A stretch of DNA of 64,000 bases. It comes from a virus. The notes below the pieces were generated by a model. That model did not search any database. It saw only the letters and a list, made by a program, of their open reading frames with translations, and was not told the DNA's origin. The stretch is taken from the IMG/VR virus record IMGVR_UViG_3300025669_000021, positions 37,416-101,415 of that record; one strand, written 5' to 3'. Numbering within the stretch: position 1 is the stretch's first letter; each line of letters starts with the position of its first letter. The translations under genes and the position numbers were made by a program. Positions 1 through 9,852 of this stretch are shown here, piece by piece.

Positions 1-8
1 CTATCCAG

Positions 9-1484
9 ATGGAGGCAGATACCAGAGCGGCCAGGATGGATAAGTTTATCCACGATCAGCAAGTAGAGGGCGGTTGGCGGGATGCTTTCTCCGACTTCAT
101 CACCAATTTCGTTACCTTCCCGGCCGCATTTATCAAGGGCCCCATCATCCGTAATCGCTCGGCTCTCGCATATACCTTCGTAAACGGCAAGACCGGCGTG
201 AAGGTTAAGAATGAGATAGCCCAGGAGTTTGAGTGTCCAAGTGCTTTCGACATCTACCCTTCTGCAGGGGCAGTAAGCATGGATGACGGTGATCTGATCG
301 AGAGGATGAGGTACAGCGGAGTCAGTTTGCTCGAAATGAAGGGGCTCCCCGGCTGGAATGACGAGGCGATAGACCTTGTTCTCTCTCTGTATCGTGATGG
401 TGGACTTCGGGAATGGACGGCCATAGACCAAGAGCGATCGGAGCTTGAGGATCACGGCCCAGACCGTATCGAGCAACGCGACTGGATGGAGGCTCTTGAA
501 TACTGGGGCGCCGTATCTGGTGAAACTCTCCAGAAAGAGGGCATGGAGAAGGATATCCACGGCAATGCCATCATTCCTATCATGGAATACGAGATGAACG
601 TCATTCTTATTGGAGATTACGTGGTCTACAGCGGTCTTAACCAGGATCTACTCGGCCGCAGACCATACTCTAAGGCTTCCTGGAGCGTCATTCCCGGGTC
701 ATTCTGGGGCAAGGGTGTCCCTGCGATGATGGCCGACCTACAATCTATCTGTAACGCCACTATCAGGGCTCTAGTGAACAATGAGGCGGTCGGATCTGGA
801 CCCCAGGTAGTCTACAATGATGTAGGAAGGATCCCATCTGGCGAGGATATAACCAATCTCTTCCCTTTCAAGACTCACCAGTTCACAAACCAGATGAACA
901 GCCAGCTAAAGCCTATCGACTTCTTCCAGCCAAAGATAAACGCCGCGGAGCTATTGGGCGTCTATCAGAAGTTTGCCGACATGGCCGACGATTATACAGG
1001 AATTCCGTCATACGCGCATGGAAACGACAATGTTGGAGGGGCCGGCAGGACTATGGGAGGCCTATCCATGTTGATGTCAAATGCTGCGAGGGGGATGAAG
1101 ATGGTGATAGGTCGCGTCGATGACAAGATCATCAGAGACGTGATTATGCGTCAGTTCCATTGGAATATGCTCTTTGAGCCTGATGAGTCCATTAAGGGTG
1201 ACATCGAGATCGTTGCGAGGGGTGCATTGGCTCAGATCGTTAAAGAGTCGATGAATTCCAGACGGGTCGAATACTTGAACGCCACCAATAATGAGACAGA
1301 CAGGATGCTCACGGGGCTGGAAGGACGCAGGTTGGCACTCAAGGAAACAGCTAAATCCTTAGATATCCCCGGGCAACTGGTCAGGAGCAAGGAAGAAGTC
1401 GCAATGTTGGAGCAACAGTTACAGGACGCTCAGATAGCAGCAACTCAAGAAGAAGCCCAGGCACAAGCCGGGGCAGCAGCGTAA
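9..1484 (+). CDS. Portal protein, podovirus type (5' end probably upstream of the window)
   Basis: Motifs RPY..W...PGSFWGKGV, RALVNNEAVGSGPQ, ADDYTGIP.Y, RTMGGLSMLM, IKGD.EI.ARGA; frame open to the window edge; precedes scaffold and capsid. Confidence 0.85.
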   Translation: MEADTRAARMDKFIHDQQVEGGWRDAFSDFITNFVTFPAAFIKGPIIRNRSALAYTFVNGKTGVKVKNEIAQEFECPSAFDIYPSAGAVSMDDGDLIERMRYSGVSLLEMKGLPGWNDEAIDLVLSLYRDGGLREWTAIDQERSELEDHGPDRIEQRDWMEALEYWGAVSGETLQKEGMEKDIHGNAIIPIMEYEMNVILIGDYVVYSGLNQDLLGRRPYSKASWSVIPGSFWGKGVPAMMADLQSICNATIRALVNNEAVGSGPQVVYNDVGRIPSGEDITNLFPFKTHQFTNQMNSQLKPIDFFQPKINAAELLGVYQKFADMADDYTGIPSYAHGNDNVGGAGRTMGGLSMLMSNAARGMKMVIGRVDDKIIRDVIMRQFHWNMLFEPDESIKGDIEIVARGALAQIVKESMNSRRVEYLNATNNETDRMLTGLEGRRLALKETAKSLDIPGQLVRSKEEVAMLEQQLQDAQIAATQEEAQAQAGAAA

Positions 1485-1504
1485 ACAATCAGGAGATACA
1501 GACC

Positions 1505-1990
1505 ATGCAGAAAATGACTAAAGCAGTGATCGCAGTTGGAATCCTTAGCTTATTCGTGGCCGTTGGGGCATTTGCTGACCGTGCAGATTACGGTATCAGG
1601 CTTCTCCGGGTGAAGGAGATACACAAATTCCCCCCTAACACATCAATCTCGGTTGAGGATCCCATTACTTTTTCGGGTTCTATAGCCCAGGCGGCGTCGA
1701 GAACTTTGACTCCTTCGACCGTTACCGGTGCGGCTACCGTTCTTGGTGTAGAAGCTGGAATGATAATCATGGAACCGTCATCGGCTCACGATTTGACGCT
1801 TACGGCCGGTGTCTCTGGACAGGTTGTCACTCTGTTCAATAACTCCGCAGGATCAACGAACATCACGCTCCTATCGGCGGCAGCTACTCATAGATTCAAC
1901 TCCGATATCGTGTTGTCGCAGTATGATTCTATCACTTTGGCCTATCTTGATAGCAAGTGGTCGACCATTGCATCTTCAACGTACAACTAG
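1505..1990 (+). CDS. Signal-peptide-bearing beta-rich protein in the head module
   Basis: N-term MQKMTK + hydrophobic stretch + AFA cleavage site; RBS AGGAG. Confidence 0.7.
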   Translation: MQKMTKAVIAVGILSLFVAVGAFADRADYGIRLLRVKEIHKFPPNTSISVEDPITFSGSIAQAASRTLTPSTVTGAATVLGVEAGMIIMEPSSAHDLTLTAGVSGQVVTLFNNSAGSTNITLLSAAATHRFNSDIVLSQYDSITLAYLDSKWSTIASSTYN

Positions 1991-2039
1991 GGGATGAACG
2001 GGCTCGGGGCTACCTCGCGGGGCCCCGGGCTTAATCATT

Positions 2040-2333
2040 ATGCCAAAAGAACAAGACAACAACGAGACGAAGAACCAAAAGGCAATACATCTTGCCGAAG
2101 CGTGTAATAGGCTTATGGGTCAAAGCCAGGATTTTAGGTATTTCGTTGAGGAGTTGACCGAAATGCTTCTCGACCAGAGGGACAAGAACGAAGGATTGCT
2201 TGGCGAGTTGGCTATCGTCGGCAAAGGGATGTCCCTGAACATGAAACAGATTTTGCAGATGATCGATAATTCTTCCGCAGTTTTGGTCAGAGCAAGGGCC
2301 GCGGAAGGAAAACGACTTAACGGATTGAAGTAA
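2040..2333 (+). CDS. Small helical protein between portal and scaffold (Bbp19-like position)
   Basis: 97 aa, helical, syntenic position in podovirus head modules. Confidence 0.55.
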   Translation: MPKEQDNNETKNQKAIHLAEACNRLMGQSQDFRYFVEELTEMLLDQRDKNEGLLGELAIVGKGMSLNMKQILQMIDNSSAVLVRARAAEGKRLNGLK

Positions 2334-2444
2334 GAATGAAGTGCACACTGAAATGTCAGAGCCGGGGGGGTAAGAAGGCATACATTTATGAGCCGTCTTT
2401 CCTCGTTGGCAAACTACTAACAGAGCATAGGGAGAAATAGCACC

Positions 2445-3509
2445 ATGGCACACGAAGTACCAATACCAAGACAAGCCCAACAGGCAGCAGAACAGGATGA
2501 GATAGATCAGGCAGCAGAACAAGAGGCCTTGTCACAGCAAGGAACTCCTGCAGAGCCGGTCCTAGATCATGTGATCGAGCAGCCAGAAGAGGATGAACAG
2601 CCAGCGCCCGTAGCGGCTGCAGTTCCCGACCAAGCTACCCTAGCACCCGCACCAGTAGCGGAAGAGGGTGAACCGGTCGAGAGTCTTGTAGACCTGAAAC
2701 GGAGGCTATTAGAGGCCGAGCACAGAAATCGGACTCTACAAGGCATGATCCATTCTCAGAAGCCAGAGGCCGAAGAAATGGCCGCTCTCAAAGATCGTAT
2801 TGCGGAACTGGAGAATAGACCAGAGGAGCACGTAGCTCCCGCGGAGCCAGGAGTAGCAGCGCATTTGAGATACCTCAATAAAGATGAGCGTGAGGCCGTC
2901 GACGGGGAGGAAGGTTCCCTGGAAGTCAGAATGGCTAAAGGTATGGCAGAAGAGGGCATTGAGAAGGTAAAGCGTGAAGCCGCGCAAGAGGCATTAAAGC
3001 TAACTAGGCGTATAGACGCCATAGAACGCCGTCAGGAAGATGACGATTCAGATAGTGCTGTATCTGGGGTTATGGCCCAGGTCGAAGAGTTGATGCCAGG
3101 AGCGATAAAGATTAACTCCGATATTCTCTGGGTTGATTGGCTTGAAGGTGCTGATCCCGAAAGCGCGACAGGAGCAACGTATGGGGCAAAAGGACAGGCT
3201 CTTATGGCGATTGGCGATACCAAGGGTATTGTCGATTTGATGAACAAATTCCTGGCAGACGTGCCCGAGGCGTCAGACCAGATTAAGGCACAGATTCGAC
3301 CCGCAAAGTCGAGCGTAGTGCCAACTGAGGGGAAACCCGTAAAGAAACAGGGTATTCCAGAGTCTAGGGCGGTTGCTTTCTACAAGGCACAGAGGGAAGG
3401 TCGGCTGAAAAACGCTGATGGTTCTCCTATGTCTGCAGAACAGGAAGTAGCCCAAGAAGCATTAATAGATAAGGCCTACGTTGAGGGACGAATCCTAGAA
3501 GGCAGGTAG
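2445..3509 (+). CDS. Capsid scaffolding protein
   Basis: Acidic Pro/Ala-rich N-term, coiled coil, C-term AY.EGRI; directly upstream of the capsid gene. Confidence 0.75.
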   Translation: MAHEVPIPRQAQQAAEQDEIDQAAEQEALSQQGTPAEPVLDHVIEQPEEDEQPAPVAAAVPDQATLAPAPVAEEGEPVESLVDLKRRLLEAEHRNRTLQGMIHSQKPEAEEMAALKDRIAELENRPEEHVAPAEPGVAAHLRYLNKDEREAVDGEEGSLEVRMAKGMAEEGIEKVKREAAQEALKLTRRIDAIERRQEDDDSDSAVSGVMAQVEELMPGAIKINSDILWVDWLEGADPESATGATYGAKGQALMAIGDTKGIVDLMNKFLADVPEASDQIKAQIRPAKSSVVPTEGKPVKKQGIPESRAVAFYKAQREGRLKNADGSPMSAEQEVAQEALIDKAYVEGRILEGR

Positions 3510-3548
3510 TTTCCTGTCGGCGCGTGGGTCTGGAAAGAGAGAGACATT

Positions 3549-4493
3549 ATGGGAAGTGCATATCCAGAAGCAGCAGGTATCCGAGACATCGGCACGTCGA
3601 CAATGAAGTACATCCCCACTATTTATAGTGGTAAGATGCTCGTCAAGTTCTACACGAACACAGTATTTGGGGCTATCTCCAATACTGATTACGAAGGCGA
3701 GATCAAGGCTCAAGGTGACACGGTTGAGATCCGCTCTCTGCCTGACATCACGATCAATGATCATACCAAGGGAATGACCCTTGACTACGAGCAGCCCGTG
3801 GCTACTCCGGTAACTCTAGAGATCAACAAGGGCAAAACGTGGTCATTCGCCACGAACATCGTTGATGATGCCCAGACTGATCTCAAGCAGTACCATGATC
3901 AGTGGTCGGAAGTCGCAATGCGCCAGATGAAGATAAGCATTGATAGAGATGTGTTGGCAACCATCTACACCGACCCTGATTCTTCGAATGAGGGTAACTC
4001 GGCCGGTCTGATCAGTGCCAACATCGCGCTTGGAGCCGATGGTGGTGTTTCGGTCCCAATGACCAAATCTGATGTAGTCGATAAGATTGTCGAGTGCGGT
4101 CAGGTTCTCACCGAGCAGGACGTCCCGGAAGAAGGTCGCTGGATGGTTATACCAGCATGGATGTGTACGCTCATCCTGACATCGGACCTCAAGGACGCTT
4201 CCTTGAGTGGTGACGGCACCTCGATGCTCAGAAACGGGCGCCTGGGAATGATTGACACATTCACGCTCTACAAGAGCAACCAGTTGAAGACCACGGCCGA
4301 CTCTTCGGCCAACACCTGCACATTCATCATGTTCGGGACCAACCACGCGGTTACATTCGCCTCTCAGATAGTGGAGAATGAAAACCTCAAGAACCCTAAC
4401 TCCTTCGGAACCTTGTTCCGTGGGCTGCAGGTTTACGGGTTCAGGACAGTCAAACCGGAAGCTCTGGGCGCCCTGTACGCCTACAAGGCCTAG
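3549..4493 (+). CDS. Major capsid protein (HK97 fold, P22-coat/N4-like group)
   Basis: YIPTIYS, NTDYEGEIKAQGDTV, VPEEGRW, NGRLGMIDTFTLY.SN, FRGLQVYG motifs. Confidence 0.9.
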   Translation: MGSAYPEAAGIRDIGTSTMKYIPTIYSGKMLVKFYTNTVFGAISNTDYEGEIKAQGDTVEIRSLPDITINDHTKGMTLDYEQPVATPVTLEINKGKTWSFATNIVDDAQTDLKQYHDQWSEVAMRQMKISIDRDVLATIYTDPDSSNEGNSAGLISANIALGADGGVSVPMTKSDVVDKIVECGQVLTEQDVPEEGRWMVIPAWMCTLILTSDLKDASLSGDGTSMLRNGRLGMIDTFTLYKSNQLKTTADSSANTCTFIMFGTNHAVTFASQIVENENLKNPNSFGTLFRGLQVYGFRTVKPEALGALYAYKA

Positions 4494-4504
4494 TTGTAAA
4501 CCGC

Positions 4505-4536
4505 GGGGGCTTGCCAAGTGGTGAGCCCCCTTCTTT
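4505..4536 (+). terminator. Intrinsic terminator after the capsid gene
   Basis: GGGGGCTTGCCA-AG-TGGTGAGCCCCC hairpin followed by TTCTTT. Confidence 0.6.
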
Positions 4537-4584
4537 CACCGCAGAGTAAACGATTCGATTAACCCTCCTAAAGGAGAAAACATC

Positions 4585-4986
4585 ATGGCAGTTGACACTT
4601 CAATCACAGTACAGACTGGTGCAGCAGACACCGGCAAAAAGGTAGTGGTCTATCAGCGTCTCATCGACTTCTCGGCAGACAATCTATCCGATGGTGACTG
4701 GTTCGACCTGTTCCAGATGCCTACCGCGGCCGTTGTCATTGGTGGCGCTTCTGATCTGGTCTTGACCGGAACCGCAAGCTCAACCTTCGACGTAGGAGTT
4801 GAAGGCGGGGCCGAACTGTTGAGCGCAACCACGCTTGACGGCACTACTGGCACCATCACGGCCTTTACGGCCACCGTTGGCGTTGTCTTCGACGGCACCA
4901 CGATCGACGTTTCGATCAACACCGCTGCCGCTGTACTCGGAAAGCTCCGAATTACTGCGATAGTTGCATATTGTGACGCACTGTAG
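4585..4986 (+). CDS. Capsid decoration/cement-like beta-sandwich protein
   Basis: 133 aa, T/G/A/V-rich, follows the capsid gene, strong RBS AAGGAG. Confidence 0.6.
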   Translation: MAVDTSITVQTGAADTGKKVVVYQRLIDFSADNLSDGDWFDLFQMPTAAVVIGGASDLVLTGTASSTFDVGVEGGAELLSATTLDGTTGTITAFTATVGVVFDGTTIDVSINTAAAVLGKLRITAIVAYCDAL

Positions 4987-5008
4987 AGAGCGTTGCGGCT
5001 GATCATCT

Positions 5009-5039
5009 AAGCGGGGTGAGGAAACTCCTCCCCCGCTTT
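5009..5039 (+). terminator. Hairpin, probable terminator
   Basis: AAGCGGGG..GAGG/CCTC..CCCCGCTT inverted repeat in the intergenic gap. Confidence 0.45.
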
Positions 5040-5115
5040 AGCCGCGTCTCTACCCACTTTTCATACCTCAACCCTATGTCGGGGTTGTTTCAACATCAGA
5101 GCAAGGAGTTATATC

Positions 5116-5655
5116 ATGGGTACAGAATCAGCAGGTTTGTGGTGCAGGAAGAACGGCACCGATCAGGTTTATCAGTTTCGTGAGGATATGAGGCCGCGTC
5201 TCGGTCTTGACCTTGTTATGGTCGACTATCCCAGCGCAATGGCTCTCAGGGCCCGTAGCGACTCCAAGAATCGCAAGGAAAGCAAGGGCCAGAATGATGC
5301 TCATGCCCAGGCGGCTTTCGAAGAGGCGAATGGCGTTGTAGCGGCCGTGGTTGTCAAGCCGGCTGATCCAGGCAAGTTTGTCGATCAGCAAGAAGTCGAT
5401 GCTTCCGGTGAAGTCTCTGCAGTGGCAGACCTTGACCTCAAGCCCCAGACTCCAGAAGAGGCGATGGCCGATATCAATGCTGCAAGCGGCGATGATGACG
5501 GCGTTAAGATGACTGACGGTCTGGCAGATATGTCACGACGAGAGTTGTTTGTCATCATCACCGAAGAGGAATTGCCCGTTAAGAAGGTTGGCAAAAACCC
5601 TCAGATCGTTGAAAACATACGCGCGGCCAGGGCAGCAGCCCCAGCAAGCGAGTAG
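5116..5655 (+). CDS. Hypothetical phage protein
   Basis: 179 aa ORF with RBS AAGGAG, acidic. Confidence 0.6.
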   Translation: MGTESAGLWCRKNGTDQVYQFREDMRPRLGLDLVMVDYPSAMALRARSDSKNRKESKGQNDAHAQAAFEEANGVVAAVVVKPADPGKFVDQQEVDASGEVSAVADLDLKPQTPEEAMADINAASGDDDGVKMTDGLADMSRRELFVIITEEELPVKKVGKNPQIVENIRAARAAAPASE

Positions 5656-5667
5656 GGAGAGTGATCT

Positions 5668-6015
5668 ATGGCGGTGCTGGTATCGGAAGTATTGACAGAG
5701 GCAAGACAGCAGCTTAACGACTCTACGGCTACCTATAGGTGGTCCGATGCAAGTCTTATGCTATATATGAGCCGAGGCGTTGATGACGTCTACGGTGACT
5801 TTCCTGAGTCTTTCTTTATCGATGGCGAGAAAATACCGATATCAGCGCCAGAGGCCATAACCGCAGTGACCGAGGACTTCCCTCTCAGGAAGGAATACAT
5901 AGAAGCCATTGTCCACTACATCTGTTGGAAGGTGTTCGGGGAAGACACCGAGGATGACGGTAATATCGCTCTTTCGAAGGACCACGCGAAACAATATATG
6001 CAAGCTAGGGGTTAG
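5668..6015 (+). CDS. Head-tail adaptor protein
   Basis: EARQQLND...RWSDA.L..Y and AIVHYI.W..F.ED pattern typical of podovirus adaptors. Confidence 0.7.
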   Translation: MAVLVSEVLTEARQQLNDSTATYRWSDASLMLYMSRGVDDVYGDFPESFFIDGEKIPISAPEAITAVTEDFPLRKEYIEAIVHYICWKVFGEDTEDDGNIALSKDHAKQYMQARG

Positions 6016-6017
6016 GC

Positions 6018-6623
6018 ATGATCAACAAATACTCGGATTTCTATGAATTCATGCTTGAAGACCTTCCTCGCTGCCCCGAGCCGTTGAAGCTGCAGCAACT
6101 CAAGCAAGCCTTTCGTGAATTTGCTTTCAGGACCGAGAACTGGACCGCAACCCTCGATAAAGTCAATCTGGTAGCAGATCAGCAAGACTACACCCTCCGT
6201 CTTCCCCAGGATGGCCTTGTCAAGCGGTTGGTATGGGTGAATATCAGTGATGCAGCAATGCCTACCAATCAATACGAGCTCCGCAACGAGTATTCTCTCC
6301 GATGGAAGAAGACCCCTGTCAGCTACGTTCCCACCTACTCTCTCGATGACGGGCTCCAGGTCAGGGTAGCAATGTATCCGGATTGGGATTCTAGGACCGT
6401 TGACGAGAACTATTTCACCCGATGGGGGGATGCAATCCTCAATCTGGCGCTCTACCGTCTCCTGATGATGCCCGGAAAGACTTGGACACATCCCGAGTTG
6501 GCCGTCCAGAAGAAGGATATCTATGATGTTTTCTATAATGACGCGATCAAAGAGAAGTACACCGAAGGTAAAAGTGGTTCACTGTCCGTAAATCTACGGC
6601 CGGTTACGAGGAGATTTGCATAA
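6018..6623 (+). CDS. Second adaptor / tail tubular protein A-like
   Basis: LPRCP....AFREF..RT..W and AI...ALYRLLMMPGK.WT.P motifs. Confidence 0.7.
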   Translation: MINKYSDFYEFMLEDLPRCPEPLKLQQLKQAFREFAFRTENWTATLDKVNLVADQQDYTLRLPQDGLVKRLVWVNISDAAMPTNQYELRNEYSLRWKKTPVSYVPTYSLDDGLQVRVAMYPDWDSRTVDENYFTRWGDAILNLALYRLLMMPGKTWTHPELAVQKKDIYDVFYNDAIKEKYTEGKSGSLSVNLRPVTRRFA

Positions 6624-9223
6624 TGAAGAAGATACTAGCCCTTATGGCAGCAATCGTGTGCACGGCGTTGACGATCGTTCATGCCACTACGACCATTATC
6701 ACCGTCGATCTGACTGAAAACTCCATTGTGGCAAGCTCTATCCCCGCAATCAGGGAGACTGCGACCATCATAGTGACCAATGCCCCAGGCTATACCCCCG
6801 GCAATCTCACGATGTCGCTCATATACACGAATACGCAGTACGCCGTGGCTGATAACTTCGTGGCCGGCGCCGGTTCTTCCTATTCAGCAACGATGAACCT
6901 GAATACCATACTCCTTACCAACTACTTCGTCGGGCTCTCCGATCAGTCTATACGGACGTTCACTGCAACTTTGTGGGATAGCGGCACCCCTGCACTGATA
7001 TTCAATGATAAGTTGGAGATCCAAAACAATCCATACGTGCCCGGGATGCTCCCCGCGGTGATCACTACCAACGAATTTGACGCAAGGCTGATAGTTCTTG
7101 AGGATCAGACAAGCGCATGGAACAACGTCACCAACATCGTGAATGGCGGGACAGTAGGCTCAACCGGAGAGATAGCACAGGTTGGTGGAACGTGGACATT
7201 CATGTTTCCTACGATCACCCCTTCCCTTTCCTTCACCAACTGGCTAGGCGTCACTGCCGGGGATATCCTCACAATGGCCGGGGGAAATAGAAGTGGATCC
7301 AACACCTTCGCTACCGGTCTTGCGGCCGTAGACACAAACAACTGGAACGGAGGATTGACTGACATATCCCTCCTACAGGGTCTAACCGGTCAAGTCTATT
7401 ACGCTGACGGCCGTACTGCTCTCTCCGACACCATGAACACTGGAAACAATTGGATTAGTGGTGACGGTAGCGATACTGGAATCAAGATAGAAGCAGGAGG
7501 CGGCGTAGAACTGTCCAGCAACCTTACTGTTACGGGTGCCTCAGACTTCAAGCTAATATCTACGTTTGAGAGTTGGCTAAGTGGTAGTGGTCTTGCTGAA
7601 GGTATCATGATAGGTGCTGCAGGACACGTAGGAATCAACACTCCTACCCTCACATCAGCTTTAAACGTTCTAGGTTCTGTCTTTATTAACGGGGCATTGA
7701 CGAACAGAGGGGCAATCTTTGTAGACTTGCAATCATCTACGGGAAGTTATCCTGTTGTATTCCAGGATAACTCTGGTGAACAGTGGGAGATAGAGCAGAA
7801 TGGTGCAGGGCTTATCTTCACTGAGACAGGAGTAGGAGAACATTTCAGGATTGCTAACGGCGGCACAGCCACATTTCAGGGTGTTATTACTGGTAACGAT
7901 GTTCAGGAGAACGGCACGAACATCCTAGCCTTTGTTGCCGCAGCGACCAATAGCTTTGTTCTGACCAATGACGTTAGAACTGTTGCCCTTAGTGGGCTAG
8001 TAACTGTTCCCGATGGTACTAATGATAATGCAGCCGTCAATCTTGGGCAGGTCAATGATTTAGTAAGTAGCTTGCAAACGCTGGAATTGTATGGAGCGAC
8101 GAATCTAAATAATTTCGTGGTCGATAGTGGATCGTTATACGTGAATATTCCGACCCCTGCATGGAGCATGGCTAGTGGCGCATTGAGTGACGGCGACAAC
8201 TGGCAGGGTTATTACTGGGGAACTCAAGCTGTTGATTTAATAAGGGAAGGTTCCTATTCTGGATTCTTCTTTTCCGAGAAAACGGCTGGAATTAAAGATG
8301 TGAGGCCAAAACTCGAAGTGGTCTATACCAACTTGACTGGCGGTGCCTTGCAAACTATAGGATGTTCTTCGACTGGAGCATACATCACTGCAACACTTTC
8401 GGATAAAAGCATAATTTGTAATGTCACAACAAACACCTTGGCTCAGTCAACGAATTTAGTGCTTGGCGTAAGGTATGGACTGTTTCAGTCTGGTGGTGGA
8501 TCGGCTGCACAGGTAACAACCTATGGCGGCACAGGATACGGTACACACATGGCAACTCCAGGGTTGGGTTCTGCGGTTGGTTACGTTACCGAAGCATCGG
8601 CTGATGGCAAATACTATGGCCGGAAGGATGAGGCATGGACCGACCTCGACGCTAGATATGTGAATACCAACAATGCCATTGCCAAGACGCTGCAAGTGGA
8701 TGGTCACTCAACCCTAGCAGGGGTGGGCATGACATCGTTGACCAACACGGGCCCGAGTTATCTTACAGGCAATGTCGGCATCGGAACGGCTACCACTCGC
8801 AGTAAGATGGACGTTGCAGGATCGGCAACCGTAGATGGTGCGTTTAGCAATCTCACTGGCAATGCTTACTTTGCCAACCAACTTCACATAGGAATTGTAG
8901 GAACAAAGCCATTCCAAATCCATGCCGCAGCAGCATCCGACATTATGCGTATCCAGAACAATAGCGGTATGTTCAACTTCGGGATAACCTCGGGTGGTGG
9001 TAATGCAACAACAAGTTTTGACCTTCAGGGTGACAACGATAGTTTGCGTGTCCGACGAGGTTCATCAGTCCCGTTTCAGATTCAAACAAATGGTGCAGTG
9101 AACTTCGCTCCAGTAGCCGCAGCGCCAGCTACCCCTGTCGCTGGTGATATGTATATCGACTCGACCCTTACCAATATGCTGAGAGTGTACAATGGTTCAG
9201 CATGGAAGAATGCTTGGGAGTAA
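6623..9223 (+). CDS. Tail fibre/spike-like protein with an N-terminal signal peptide
   Basis: Fibre motifs GHVGINT, GNVGIGT, DNAAVNLGQV, DGKYYGRKDEAW, GDMYIDS....RVYNGSAW; N-term MKKILALMAAIVCTALTIVHA. Confidence 0.75.
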   Translation: MKKILALMAAIVCTALTIVHATTTIITVDLTENSIVASSIPAIRETATIIVTNAPGYTPGNLTMSLIYTNTQYAVADNFVAGAGSSYSATMNLNTILLTNYFVGLSDQSIRTFTATLWDSGTPALIFNDKLEIQNNPYVPGMLPAVITTNEFDARLIVLEDQTSAWNNVTNIVNGGTVGSTGEIAQVGGTWTFMFPTITPSLSFTNWLGVTAGDILTMAGGNRSGSNTFATGLAAVDTNNWNGGLTDISLLQGLTGQVYYADGRTALSDTMNTGNNWISGDGSDTGIKIEAGGGVELSSNLTVTGASDFKLISTFESWLSGSGLAEGIMIGAAGHVGINTPTLTSALNVLGSVFINGALTNRGAIFVDLQSSTGSYPVVFQDNSGEQWEIEQNGAGLIFTETGVGEHFRIANGGTATFQGVITGNDVQENGTNILAFVAAATNSFVLTNDVRTVALSGLVTVPDGTNDNAAVNLGQVNDLVSSLQTLELYGATNLNNFVVDSGSLYVNIPTPAWSMASGALSDGDNWQGYYWGTQAVDLIREGSYSGFFFSEKTAGIKDVRPKLEVVYTNLTGGALQTIGCSSTGAYITATLSDKSIICNVTTNTLAQSTNLVLGVRYGLFQSGGGSAAQVTTYGGTGYGTHMATPGLGSAVGYVTEASADGKYYGRKDEAWTDLDARYVNTNNAIAKTLQVDGHSTLAGVGMTSLTNTGPSYLTGNVGIGTATTRSKMDVAGSATVDGAFSNLTGNAYFANQLHIGIVGTKPFQIHAAAASDIMRIQNNSGMFNFGITSGGGNATTSFDLQGDNDSLRVRRGSSVPFQIQTNGAVNFAPVAAAPATPVAGDMYIDSTLTNMLRVYNGSAWKNAWE

Positions 9224-9411
9224 TGAAAAATCTAATCCCCATATTGCTGATTGCCATTGCCCTATCAAGTGGCTGCACTATGCCTAGCATGGTCTATCAG
9301 CGCACTAACGATATAGGACAGGTATACAACGTAGATGCCCGATGGTGGGCCGTGACTAAGGAAATAGGCAAAGCTGGAATGACCGTCGGAGCATTCATCA
9401 TCGCATTCTAA
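9223..9411 (+). CDS. Small lipoprotein
   Basis: MKNLIPILLIAIALSSG-C lipobox; start overlaps the upstream stop (TAATG). Confidence 0.6.
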   Translation: MKNLIPILLIAIALSSGCTMPSMVYQRTNDIGQVYNVDARWWAVTKEIGKAGMTVGAFIIAF

Positions 9412-9430
9412 GAAAGGGAAGTATTGGACT

Positions 9431-9838
9431 ATGAGCAACGAGGGGCAGATGATTCTATCTAGCATGAAGAAAGAGAACACTCGGGCGATCAAGACGGCCA
9501 GGGATTCAGAGGGTAGTGACTGTTGCGCTTCTCACCCCGCCATACGATCATTGGCAGAGCGCAGCTTGAGTAACGGGGAGCTTCTTGGTGATATGATAAT
9601 GATGGTTCCTGACCAGATCGCCGCAAAGGTTGTCGAGCAGACAGTGGTAAATGGCCCTGTCGATACCGATGCTCTTGTAGATGAGGTAAGCAAACGGCGC
9701 CGGGGCCGTCTATTCTTGAAAAGGGGCCAGTGGGAATTCTCTGGGGATATACAGAGCGCACTGACACTGGGCCTATTCCTACTGGGGGTGTATTGGTTTC
9801 TCGGTAAACACGGGATGCTTCCTAGCTGGATGCAGTAA
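9431..9838 (+). CDS. Membrane protein with a C-terminal TM helix (holin-like candidate)
   Basis: C-term LTLGLFLLGVYWFLG hydrophobic segment. Confidence 0.45.
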   Translation: MSNEGQMILSSMKKENTRAIKTARDSEGSDCCASHPAIRSLAERSLSNGELLGDMIMMVPDQIAAKVVEQTVVNGPVDTDALVDEVSKRRRGRLFLKRGQWEFSGDIQSALTLGLFLLGVYWFLGKHGMLPSWMQ

Positions 9839-9852
9839 AAAGGGGTGATTTC